Part shown: positions 37,966-49,922 of the stretch, piece by piece
Layout: every line of letters begins with the position of its first letter
Numbering within the stretch: position 1 is the first letter of the stretch
Assembly (NCBI GenBank): GCA_964016885.1
Contig: OZ024742.1
Span: 284,270,001 to 284,334,000, forward strand
DNA length: 64,000 nt
DNA from: Eledone cirrhosa
Taxonomy: Eukaryota
Reading direction: 5' to 3'
Notes under the pieces: generated by a model
The model's database searches: none
Told to the model about the DNA's origin: nothing
What the model saw: only the letters and a program-made list of their open reading frames with translations
Position numbers and translations under genes: made by a program

Positions 37966-39403
37966 GTAAAGAGGAATATTTTATGCCTACTTTTCCATGC
38001 TGGCATGGGCTAACAGGTTTGTCATGGTTGAGTTTGTTTTTATTTGAAATTATTGTCCGCCTAAACAGGTACTGGTCACGTCTTTCTTGAACGTTCCATT
38101 TTTGGCATGGTTTCTATGGCTGGATGCCTTTCCTAATGTGAACCAGTTTATATAGTGAGTGCATGGGTAAAGTTTGTCATGGCATCAGTGCCAGTGAAGT
38201 TATATATCTGTGTGGCCCAAAAACACAAATTTGTAGACCAACTGCAGTGATTTTATCCGCCTCAGACACATGAAAAGTCATTTGCCTTTTAATCATCATG
38301 CTGGTGGCCTGTTTGAATTCCTGACAGAACACAAGTTCCCCCCCACCAGCCTTCCAAAACATTCTATCCTTTTATATATTTTTTCCTCTCAGTTCTATAT
38401 GACACTCATATCACCTTCAATTCTTCTACCAATCTCTGTCAGTTAGGCACTTAGCTTTCCTTTTCTCCTCTGGGTCCAAATCTAATGTTTTTCTTAAATC
38501 CATCTTAACCCATCTTCTGGCTTAAAGTGTTCCTATAATCTACATTACCTCAGATCAACAATCAGTCACAGGAATATTACCTGTGATAGATAAGTCAATG
38601 AGGGAGGAAGCTTCTACATAGTTGCTTGACCTGCTAGAGACAACAGCTAAATATATCCCAAATTACACCCCACATTTTATAATGTGTTTCTGGGTTCACT
38701 GCAGACATGGAATGTTTTTTTTTTTATCAAATGACTACTCAGTCAAGTAATGACTCTCTAAAGCCCCGTTGGGGTAAGTGATGTTTTTACACTTCTTTTA
38801 TATTTATTTATGTATATACACATTCAGTTATTGTGGGGAAAACCTTCAATGCAAGTATTGCAGTATTAAAAAAAAACAACACATCTCAATCTCCATGCCT
38901 TACTTGGATTACCTGAGGTTACCTATACCATTTGATACCAAACCACCCCAGACACTATGATACACAACTGTTTGTTTTAAAGTGTTTATATTTCTCTAAA
39001 ACCCTTACATGAGAACCTTTGTTACATTCCAAACACCAGCTTAATAATGAAAAAGATATTTTACCCCAATCACTCCAAATTCTTGATTTTCAAAATTATT
39101 TGAAAATCATAAGCAATATCTTTAATAAGGGTTAAGTCTTTGGGTTTTGTAGGATTAAGTTAAGGATTACTCATAAGTGAAATCCATAGCATTGGAAACA
39201 TCTGGTATCTTGGATCCCCAAACTAGTTCCCTACTTACTGCTGTCAGTATGGATATGGCCATCAGCATGAACAAGACCCAAGAATTTAGACCGGATCTTT
39301 TAGTGCCCACCAGGAACATGAAACAACATCCATCTAATGTTTTGCAAATTACATAATTATGTGAGCGGATATAATATAGTGTTATTGGCAGAGAAATACT
39401 TAC

Positions 39404-39590
39404 ATATCATATAATTTCACTTTGATTTTCGAAGCAGCCATCACAGCCTGTAGATGAAGTAGCATAGACTCCACACTCAATATATTTAATCCATTGTTTG
39501 GTGTTTGGATAATGACTTCATATGTTGTACCACTCCCTTCACCTATAGTTTTTCTTGTATAATCCTGTTCTTTGGATAGACGACCATCTT
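39404..39590 (-). CDS. ptc: Patched exon, 187 nt: EDGRLSKEQDYTRKTIGEGSGTTYEVIIQTP...KVKLYD (start of extracellular loop 1)
   Basis: Acceptor TCTGCAG|AA, donor AT|GTAAGT; resembles PTCH1 GGRVSRELNYTRQKIGE...IQTP. Confidence 0.93.
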
Positions 39591-41262
39591 CTGCAGATTG
39601 ATAAGAAAAAAGAGAAATTATGGATTTGGTTAACAACAGCAGGGTTTATCAGAAATTTACAATCAGCATCTTCAGAAATAATATGGGATAATATATGTAT
39701 GAACCAGTAACTCCTAGCAGAGTCGTAGGGAGTGCCATAGTGACATACAGTGAATCTTAAGCATATTAAATCTGGCAAAGCCCATCCCTCTCCAGCCAAT
39801 TTCTTCCGACAAAGAGGAGATATAGAGGAAAAATTTACCCCAGTACAGGTGGTACTTTTTTTTTTTATCAGACTTTGAAAGGTTGAAAGGCAAAGTTGAC
39901 CTCAGAGCTCAGAGAGCCACAATGAATACTGCAAAGCGCATCAATCAAGTCATATAGAGAATCTATATGTAATCGCTTGACCTGCTAAAAATGCAGCTAA
40001 ATTTCCTGAAAAGGGGGATGGTCTTGAAATTAGATGGGATGGTTATGTGATGAATATCTTTGATCTTATGCCTGGTGGATGAAACATGATCTGAGCCTAA
40101 ACAATTAATAACAAAGATCTGTGGTGGTGGAATAAAAAACAAGCAACACCTTCCATATAAGCTTGAATATAAATGAGAACTCTTAAATATAGGGAAGAAA
40201 CACAATCCCTATTTTCCTAATGAAACAATTAAAAATCATTGGGGGGGGGGGGGGCTAAATTCTCACCCACTAAATACAGCTGACTTAGGACTAATTATCC
40301 CCCAACCCCTGTCTATCATAAGGTAGAGAGCTCTTTAATCAATGACTGACACCTTCCTAGTGCTGGATGTCATGATAAAATGTCCCCAGTATACTGTGTA
40401 GGGTTAGAAAGGGCATCCAGCAGTAGAAGTCAAACAAATGGTTGAGGACTTATCAGTCACATTATGGATATGACAATACCCCAAGCACTAGATAGATGAC
40501 AGATAGATATGTCCAAACCCACTCAAAGCACTTTTATATAATGAAAAGATTTTAATTAAAAATAAAATTGGACAAGTAAAATATAAGCAAAATTAAAAAA
40601 GGCATGTGCATGCCTATAAGTTAGTCAAACATCAAATGTGTGTGAGTATGGCACACACAATTTGCCAAATGTCATCAAGGTAGAGAGTAATGGGGGTGCC
40701 CCACCACCACCACAACTACATGGTTGTAAAGTGGCCTTCTTTAACCAAATATGTGTGTGAGTGCTTCAGTAGTTGCCTGTGATATGTGTGTGTGCATTGC
40801 TGTGATTTATGATATTTGAACTGATGGTTGTGTGTGTATAATACATTAGTAGTGTGTGTGTGTCTAATATATCTGTGGTGTGAAGGTGAGTGTGTGTGCT
40901 GAACCTTGGCTTTTCTCTGTTTAAAATTACTTCCTGCCCTCACCTTCCACCCCCACATCATGCTCTCTTTGCCTAGGGTAAGAAAGTAGCTCCCCCCACC
41001 TCCATATCACAGGTGGGTAGCACCCCTAAAGTGCTCACCTACCATGACTTTAATTCCCTTTGACAAGAGTGTCTTCATGTGTGGCCCCATTCTGCCACTC
41101 ACCTTCCACATAACCTCAACATCCCCTACCACAACATACACCTTCCACATAACCTCAATGTCCCCAACCACCACCTACACACACTTGTGACAGCCTGCCT
41201 AGGATGGTGAGTTATATTAGCTTTTATCCTGTTTGATTACACACATTCCTTACTAATCAAAT

Positions 41263-41295
<33 letters not shown>

Positions 41296-41989
41296 CATAC
41301 ACACACACACCTATCACATAAGCTTGGTAACACTACTATTACTACACCCCTCCTCCCCATCATTCTTGCCCATTGATCAAACCTGAGATTTTAATTAGAT
41401 TTTCCTATTTATTTGCTGTTCTTATAAGTGATCTTACTCCCACCCATCCTCCTTAGTGAAACAACTGAAGGCACCTAGCTGGAGGTGGTGAGAGTAGAAC
41501 AAGACATAGCTAAGAAGCTAGAGTGAGAGGGGTAGGGCAGAGTATGTATGTGAACATGTGTGTATGCATGTGAATGTGTGTATGTGTATGCACTTAGATG
41601 TGTGTTTTGTTTTCCTTCTAGCTTCAAGATCCCTTTGTATGTAAAATAGCCTGATATCCCTTGCCAATGAAACAAGAAAAATGAGGAGAGGATGTAGTGA
41701 TGGGGGATGCAGGGTCACTTGTATTAAGTAGTTGAAATGTTCCTCTTTTATAAAGGTCCCTGCTTGACCCTCTCTTCTTTCCTTAAAAATAAATACTGCC
41801 ACAATTCTTGGATTTAATCACTCCTCACCCCATCTTCTCTACACCACACCATGTTATCAACCAGATCTACCTCACCTCAATGAGCTAGCAAAGAAAATAA
41901 TTCAAGAAGAAGGGCATTAAAAATTTGATTAGAAATAATCATGAGAAAACAAGATAATTTTAACCACTGAATAATATATAATTTCAGTA

Positions 41990-42045
41990 AGTACATGAGA
42001 AAATGTCAGGCATGTTTCAGCCTCATTATGACCTCATCAGCAAAG
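41990..42045 (-). ncRNA. Degenerate hammerhead-like motif (core, stems II and III present; stem I poor)
   Basis: Minus strand reads CUGAUGA-GGUC-auaauga-GGCU-GAAA-CAUG...CAUG-UA. Confidence 0.4.
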
Positions 42046-42539
42046 TATAAATTTCTTTCAATATACTTGCTTATGTATTAATGGAAGAATTAGTAAGTAG
42101 ATGTAGATGACTGTTCACTGGTTAGCACTCAGAAGGTATTATTAGTCAACCCAAGGCTGCAGTATGACTGAAACAGAAACCACATGGTAACCAAGCAAAG
42201 TCCTAACCACTCTCTGTCTCTCTCTCTCTCTGAAACTTTGTACTGAAACTAAAACAATTATTTGTGGAGGAATCATTTTAACCATTTAAAAACACACAAA
42301 AGCTTTATACATCTCATTTATTTCCTGGTGTCAACATTTTTGTTGCACATTCATTGACATAGTTCCACTACACACACCTACAACTGTCACCACCCTTTCT
42401 AGTTTTGGTGCTCTACATGATAAACACACCTAGTACACGCTGGAAAGTGATTGTTGATAAGAAAGGCATCCAGTCATAGAAAACCTGTGAAGGAAAGGGA
42501 CGGGAGGACTTAAATGATGACAATGATATATATATCTTC

Positions 42540-42990
42540 TTTCCCCACTTATTTCTAGGAGGGTCATGGGGAAGAGTCCTCAGATATACCTTCCAGAGGG
42601 TCGGTCCTATCAGAAGCAACTGTCTCCAAATGGTCCGGCTGGAACCCCAAGTGAGACCAACTGAACTAATGGATGTATCGATGTTATCCATTAGCTCATC
42701 GCCTGCCTCTGGCTCACCTGCCAGTTGCTTTTGCCTGTAAAATCTGCCCAGTGATTCTTTCTTTAGGTATTCTGACATGTCAGAAGTATTGGAGCTGTGA
42801 ACTCTCAATTAAGAGTAGTGGATCTATGCACCCTATTGAGTAATGTTACTCCAAAGACCCTTTGGAGGAACCTCATTTCAGATGCTTGTATTTCTGATCA
42901 TATTCCTTAGGTCATTACCCAAGATTCATGACCATAGGTAAGGGTAGGCAAGAACACTGAATTGAGGATAGCATGTGTGGCTTTTACACC
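42540..42990 (-). mobile_element. Degenerate RTE-type LINE fragment (second family)
   Basis: SVFLPTLTYGHESWVMT...IQASEMRFLQRVFGVTLL with stops. Confidence 0.7.
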
Positions 42991-44151
42991 TACATCCCTT
43001 TCTTCTGATGACTAAATGCTAAAATTGGCGAATTACTGCACCAGCTACATTTAATGCAAGAATATATATATATATATATGCATGGCTTAGTGGTTAGAGC
43101 ATTGGGCTTGCAATCGAAAGGTTGTGAGTTCAATTCTCGGACCGGGTGATGTGTTGTTTCCTTGAGCAAGACACTTTATTTCACATTGCTCCAGTTTACT
43201 CAGCTGTAGAAATGAGATCATAGGACTGGGGTCTCTATCATTCCACTGCAAAGTGGTCGTGTAGGTGCCACAGCAAAAAAGCACCCAGCACTCACTGTAA
43301 ATGAGGTTGGTGTTAGGAAGGGCATCCAGCTGTAGAAATCAAGCCAGAATCAGTTCCCATATGAGCAAGACAAGGTCAGCCGACCGGACACTGCCCACAA
43401 CAGGACAACCCGTCTAACCCATGCTAGCCTGGAAGGACGGGCGTAAAACGGTGATGATGATGATTTATATATATACACACACACACACGGTCAGTCTTCT
43501 AGAACCTCAAGTTTATGTATGTGAATAAATATATATAATACCTTCTGTAAGAACATTTCACATTTCTCCCTCCTCTTAATTCAACATAACCCAATGCCCA
43601 GTCCAGCCCCACCCACACTCCATATCGTTAATGCCAGAACCATGTTTTGTCCTTCAAACATATATAGAGGGAGGTTCAAGAGAGCGCGGAGGGGACATAA
43701 AGAGAGAGGCTGGCCCGACTTCCCAGAGAGCGGGGGTGGGGGTGGGACCTTCACCTCCTTCCAATATGAATTGAATTGTGGTTGTTTTGTTGATATTTCA
43801 AGTTAAGGCCTTGGGCAAGAACATTCAACTATTTCAAGGCTGTTAAAACACTTGCCTGCCACCATCATACCACAACAATACACAAAATTTATTATCACAT
43901 TTGGTAAAGCTGTTTCTCTCATTCACCTCTTCCTCCCTCTGCTCTCATAAGTGTGTGTGTGTGTGTAAACACAAGCATACATACACATTCTCATATACAT
44001 ATACAATAATGAAAGTTTCAGTCTCTCCAATGTGTCTTTTACCTTTTACTGTTCACCCTTGTCCACTTTTGATTTGTGAATACAAACTAGAGATTAACAA
44101 ACACACACATATAACCCATTCAAACATATAAATATACATACATATACATAC

Positions 44152-44154
<3 letters not shown>

Positions 44155-44221
<67 letters not shown>

Positions 44222-44270
44222 CACACACACACACACACATACACATACATATGTATGTAGGCATGTATGC
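44155..44270. repeat. (TA)n/(CA)n microsatellite; similar tracts near 12657, 20361 (GT), 24766 (AGT), 45585, 47334, 49835, 49170-49460 (GGT/GAT)
   Basis: Direct reading; these tracts generate the YIYIYI, VCVCV and poly-H/T ORFs. Confidence 0.95.
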
Positions 44271-45581
44271 GTGTATATATGTTCTAATGAGCGTTTTTAA
44301 AAACAGTGAGCTAAATATCAGCATGTGAGTCTGTTAGTGTGAGGTTTGTTGGTAGATTGTAATGTGAAAAGGCCTTTTTTTTTCCTTTCTTCCAACATTG
44401 TTCTTATTGAGGGCAATTACTATTTAAACAGTTTTGTAACTTATTCATTGTTCCACAACAATCACATCACCACCACCATCACGGTGGACACCTCTGTCAC
44501 CACCAACACCCGCACACACACATTACTGTCACTACCATCACCACCACCACCACCACCACACCCACTCATCATTACCCTCATCATCTCTACAGACATCATC
44601 ATCAGAACCACCACCACCACCACAATAATATTCAGCACTTCACCTCCAGTCCAAAACCATCTTGATTGTTCAAAGATCTGTCTTGTGGTTGGCTAGAGCA
44701 TTGGGTGGGGGTGATTGAGTTAGCATGATTGGTTGTGTAGATATGTATGTGTGTGTGTGGTATTGGAGTCCTTGGTCCAAACATTTCTGAATTGATTCTC
44801 CAACTACACACACATATACATGTCAACACCACACAGACTGTAGCCTTATATATTTATATTCATCAATGAAAAAATGTTTGAAGTTATTCCCCCTGCTCCT
44901 CTCCCATAGCCCATACCTACAGTGAAGCTGTAATTACATACAGTAGAGCATTGGGAACTAGGTTTATTTAACCCTTTTATGATAAGTATGTTTCTGAAAC
45001 AAGAATAGACTGCCTGATTCATGTGTCCTTCAATTCATTCTCAAAACAGTATTGGAGAGAGATATAAGTAAAATAACTATATTTACTTAGTTATTTATTT
45101 AAAATGGTCATACTGGTGCCACAATAAAAAAAAAACTCCCAGTTCACTCTGCAATATGTTATTACAGATGCCACAAAAAAAAAAAAAAAAAAAAATTAAA
45201 AACCTCCCAGTAAACGCTGTAAAATGGTTAGTGAGGAAAGGGCATCAATCAAGCCAAAAATGTGCAAGACATGCAAGGGTTACCTGACCTATCTAACCTC
45301 ATAACATGACAGCCCATGCAAGCATGTACAATGGAAGTTAAATGGTTGTGATGATGATGATGAATTATTTATTGGTGTGGTGGATGTGGGCATGGCTGAG
45401 TTGGCAATTAGTTAGCTTTGTAACCATATGGCTCAGGATTCAATTTTGAACAAGTGCCTTCCACAGCCAACCTTGTCAAACCTCCAGTGAAATTGGGTTG
45501 GCAGAGATTTCTTGGAAGCCTGTCAGATCAACATAACATATAATACAGCGGACTAGGTGAAAAGTAGGTGTAAAATGATGA

Positions 45582-45623
<42 letters not shown>

Positions 45624-45626
<3 letters not shown>

Positions 45627-46297
45627 AGACCCCTTCTTCTTCTTCTTCTTCCCCCCGTTAGACTTGTGCGAAATTCCTTCCTTCCTCACATTTCAACCAG
45701 GTTTGATGGTCTTTTGTCTCTTGTTCACGATTTCACCGAGTTTATATTCATAGAGATCTGGGACTTGTCTATTTCTTCTAACTTTCCGTTGCTTAAACCA
45801 TTTTGTTTGTTACCCTAACGTCCCCTTTATTTACGTGTCCCAACGACTTTTTTTAGCCGTTGTTCGCACCAACCTGAGGTATATGGCCCTTAAAGCGATG
45901 AAATGCCTGAGACGGTTGGAGGGTCACTGATGAAGGACTTACTTTTTCATATGCACCCCCATTTGCAACGCGCAGCTATCATTATTATCATATTTACACC
46001 TAATTTTTCTTCTGCTGCTACACGTCTGTTTCGTTCTTTGTACCTTTTACCCTTTCTAGCAGTCTCTCTCTCTGTTAGCCTCCTCCTCAACTTTCACTCA
46101 CTCATTCTCTGTCACTACCTCTCCTCCTCCTCTTTCCTCCTCTTCCTTCAAGTTTGACCTGTGTGTAATTCTTTTCTCGCGCGTTCTTGGTCAAGCCGGT
46201 ATGAAAAATTTTTTTCTCTCTCTCTCTTTCTTGCGTCTGCGACTTCACAAAACTTATGTTTACCGAATTCGTAGACCAGACCCCTTCTTCTTCTTCT

Positions 46298-46329
<32 letters not shown>

Positions 46330-46963
46330 GCCCCGTTAGACTTGTGTGAAATTCCTTCCTTCCTCACATTTCAACCAGGTTTGATGGTCTTTTGTCTCTT
46401 GTTCACGATTTCACCGAGTTTATATTCATAGATATCTGGGACTTGTCTATTTCTTCTCACTTTCCGTTGCTTAAACCATTTTGTTTGTTACCCTAACGTC
46501 CCCTTTATTTACGTGTCCCAACGACTTTTTTTAGCCGTTGTTCGCACCAACCTGAGGTATATGGCCCTTAAAGCGATGAAATGCCTGAGACGGTTGGAGG
46601 GTCACTGATGAAGGACTTACTTTTTCATATGCACCCCCATTTGCAACGCGCAGCCATCATTATTATCATATTTACACCTAATTTTTCTTCTGCTGCTACA
46701 CGTCTGTTTCGTTCTTTGTACCTTTTACCCTTTCTAGCAGTCTCTCTCTCTGTTAGCCTCCTCCTCAACTTTCACTCACTCATTCTCTGTCACTACCTCT
46801 CCTCCTCCTCTTTCCTCCTCTTCCTTCAAGTTTGACCTGTGTGTAATTCTTTTCTCGCGCGTTCTTGGTCAAGCCGGTATGAAAAATTTTTTTCTCTCTC
46901 TCTCTTTCTTGCGTCTGCGACTTCACAAAACTTATGTTTACCGAATTCGTAGACCAGACCCCT

Positions 46964-46995
<32 letters not shown>

Positions 46996-47330
46996 GCCCC
47001 GTTAGACTTGTGTGAAATTCCTTCCTTCCTCACATTTCAACCAGGTTTGATGGTCTTTTGTCTCTTGTTCACGATTTCACCGAGTTTATATTCATAGATA
47101 TCTGGGACTTGTCTATTTCTTCTCACTTTCCGTTGCTTAAACCATTTTGTTTGTTACCCTAACGTCCCCTTTATTTACGTGTCCCAACGACTTTTTTTAG
47201 CCGTTGTTCGCACCAACCTGAGGTATATGGCCCTTAAAGCGATGAAATGCCTGAGACGGTTGGAGGGTCACTGATGAAGGACTTACTTTTTCATATGCAC
47301 CCCCATTTGCAACGCGCAACCATCATTATT

Positions 47331-47335
<5 letters not shown>
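45624..47335. repeat. Tandem array of ~2.5 near-identical ~650-680-bp units bounded on both sides by (TA)n
   Basis: Unit starts ACCAGACCCC at 45624, 46275, 46953; duplicated spurious ORFs at 45903/46581/47247. Confidence 0.95.
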
Positions 47336-47395
<60 letters not shown>

Positions 47396-47397
<2 letters not shown>

Positions 47398-47620
47398 AGG
47401 AATTGAGAATAGGAGATGGAGTGTTTGGTGTGGGCAGGGTGTGAGGAGAAGTCGAAGTAGGCAGAGGTGATGAGGGAATGATTGGAGGAGGTGGGGGGGG
47501 GGGGTCAATGGTTACAGAGATGTCCAGGAAGTTAGCAGAAGTGGGGATAGAGGTGGTGAACTCAAGCGTGGGGAGGAAGGAGCAAAGAAAAGACAAAAAG
47601 GAGTCGAGCTGGATATATAT
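47396..47620 (-). mobile_element. Penelope-like RT relic
   Basis: FLPTLEFTTSIPTSANFLDISVTI, then in another frame AYFDFSSHPAHTKHSISYSQFL, resembling the PLE RT thumb region. Confidence 0.65.
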
Positions 47621-47994
47621 AGATACACTGGTATTGACCTATTCGTGGTAGGACTAATAACGCTGTTACAACTCCATGTAGTATGGATATCAATATTCCA
47701 ATGAAACAAGTTGAAGAATGTTATCTTATTATATATTGTTGAACTACATACATTCAGGTATAGGTCAATAAAAGGTTAATTAAAACTGGTGGTTTGGGGC
47801 AAGGTGGTAACATAATACCAAGGGTTGTATTAGGCAGATGAAACATTACTTAGAGCTCTCTAGATTCTACAGATCTTTTATATTAAAAGTACATGACACT
47901 TGCTCAAGGTGCCACACAGTGAAATTGAACCCAGAACTATATAGTTGTGAAGCGAACTTTTTAAACAGAATCAATCTTTCAAACTCATTATCAC

Positions 47995-48093
47995 CAGTGG
48001 CAGACTGGGGTGACACTGAGCGTCCCTAATATTTAAAGGCTCCCAATGAAATGTTCAGTCAGTAACCCCATGCAAGCTTAATATCTGCCTCTG
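47995..48093. mobile_element. Degenerate hAT-type MITE
   Basis: CAGTGGCAGA...TCTGCCTCTG ends; TSD ATTATCAC/ATCATCAC. Confidence 0.6.
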
Positions 48094-49831
48094 ATCATCA
48101 CTCAGCATTTTTTTTTTCCTGGAAACTTCAAAACAAGGAAAGATTGCAGATGGCTCAATGATTGCTATTTACAAACCCATAAAACATCAGTAGATCACCA
48201 CATCTTGTTACTGGCACCACACTGTGTGTTTATGGGAGAAACAAACTCTCCAACCTAAACGTCATGACCTGAGCCGAGGGATCTGTTTACGTAGAACGTA
48301 AACAAATATTGCTACTGTCTGTGTGATGTTAAATGTGAAGAGATGAGACCAACAGGTGTAGGGACATATCTCTCTCTGGACATATAGAAACAAAGTAATT
48401 CCAAATACTATTCATGAGCCCAAATACCATCTATAACCACCACCCTAACCCACCATATACATAACACACGAAAGGAAAAAACCCCAACTAATCACACCCT
48501 TCAGAATTATATGTACTCCAACACACTCCCATGAGTTCGTTAAATGAGGATATACAATTGGCTTCAGCTTAGTATCCATTGACCAACTTTCACTCATAAG
48601 TCAACTCCTAATTATCTTTGGTCAGTCTAAAGTAAGAAGACATTTGACGAAGGTGACATGCAGAGGAATTGAACGGGAATCTATGCAGTTGCAAAGAGAA
48701 TTTATTAACCATGTATACACAGACATATATCTGTACATGTGCATGATATAAACAAACAACTTTCTGTCTAGTCTGGGATTTTACATAACATTACCTATTG
48801 AGTATGCTGAGATACAACCGTCCCGTCAACTTATACACATACACACACACACTCACTGCTGTAAAATTGATCAATACTCCGTGTTAGTTTGCAGTACTAA
48901 CTTCAACTTCCCCTGCGAATATACTGCCCCACCATCACCAACACCACTCCGTAAGAAGAGTTGAGCTATGGGCTTGCAATAATCCATTCCCAAGAAACAA
49001 ACAGATGCTATACAGAAAACCAAGGTCTTGGGTGAGTGATAATGGATGGGGGGTGGGCAATGGTAGTTCCAGTCCCAAATGATATTGTGTGCGTATGGGA
49101 GGGAGGGGGGTGTAGCTAGAACAGAGAATGTTCTTTTGAAATACAGAAGTGGGGGTGATGATAGAAGTAGAGATGATGGTGATGTTTGTGGTAAAGCTAT
49201 AGTAATAGTGATGATGGTGGTGATAAAGTGATGATGATGATGGTAGTAATGGCGATGTTGGTGGTAACAGTAATGACAGCGGTAATGGTGGTGGTGATTG
49301 TGGTAATGATGCGATGTAAGTGTTGGTGGTGGTGGTGTAGTGGTGGTGACGGTAGTGATAGTAATGGAAGTACTGGTGTAATGGTAGAAATTGTGGTGGT
49401 AGTGGTGGCGGTGATAGCAATAACAGTGTTGGTATAATAGAAATGGTGGAGGTGGTGGTGATAGTCTCAGTAACATCATCTCTGTTACTCTATATCATCC
49501 ACTGGTGTAAAAGTCTAACAGTACTGGGGCAAAGGAAGGTTTTTAAATTAGCTTTACTTTACTGTACCTACTCACATACATATGTATAAACACACAAACA
49601 CAAGACATACACTCATACACACATACATACCAACACACAAACAAGCAGGCCATACACAGATGCATAAACACACACAAACACACATATGTAAAAGCACACA
49701 CACACAGCCAAGACATACACTCATACAGATATATATATATATAAACCTACACACACACACACACATACATACTTTCTCTAAGAGCCCCTCAAATAGATTC
49801 AAATTCATTTAAACATACATTACATACACAC

Positions 49832-49922
<91 letters not shown>

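Larger units (their letters stand above)
370..39590 (-). other. ptc: Patched (Hedgehog receptor) gene, partial span: 18 coding exons read; 5' exons upstream of 39590 not found in window, 3' exons lie beyond position 1
   Basis: Spliced translation gives Ptc hallmarks: [102 protein letters not shown]. All junctions GT-AG with matching phases. Confidence 0.97.

Noticed and set aside
43004-43040. CTGATGA...GCGAAT hammerhead-like spacing
   Set aside because: GAAA core and stems I and III are absent.
45890-45980. CTGATGA in the ~670-bp tandem unit as a hammerhead core
   Set aside because: No pairing stem II followed by GAAA (only GCAACGCG downstream), and the upstream GAAA does not give a type II fold; at most a decayed relic.
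45903-47444. Repeated 84-aa and 72-76-aa ORFs as a small gene family
   Set aside because: Products of the pyrimidine-rich tandem unit; poly-F from (CTT)n; no recognisable domain.
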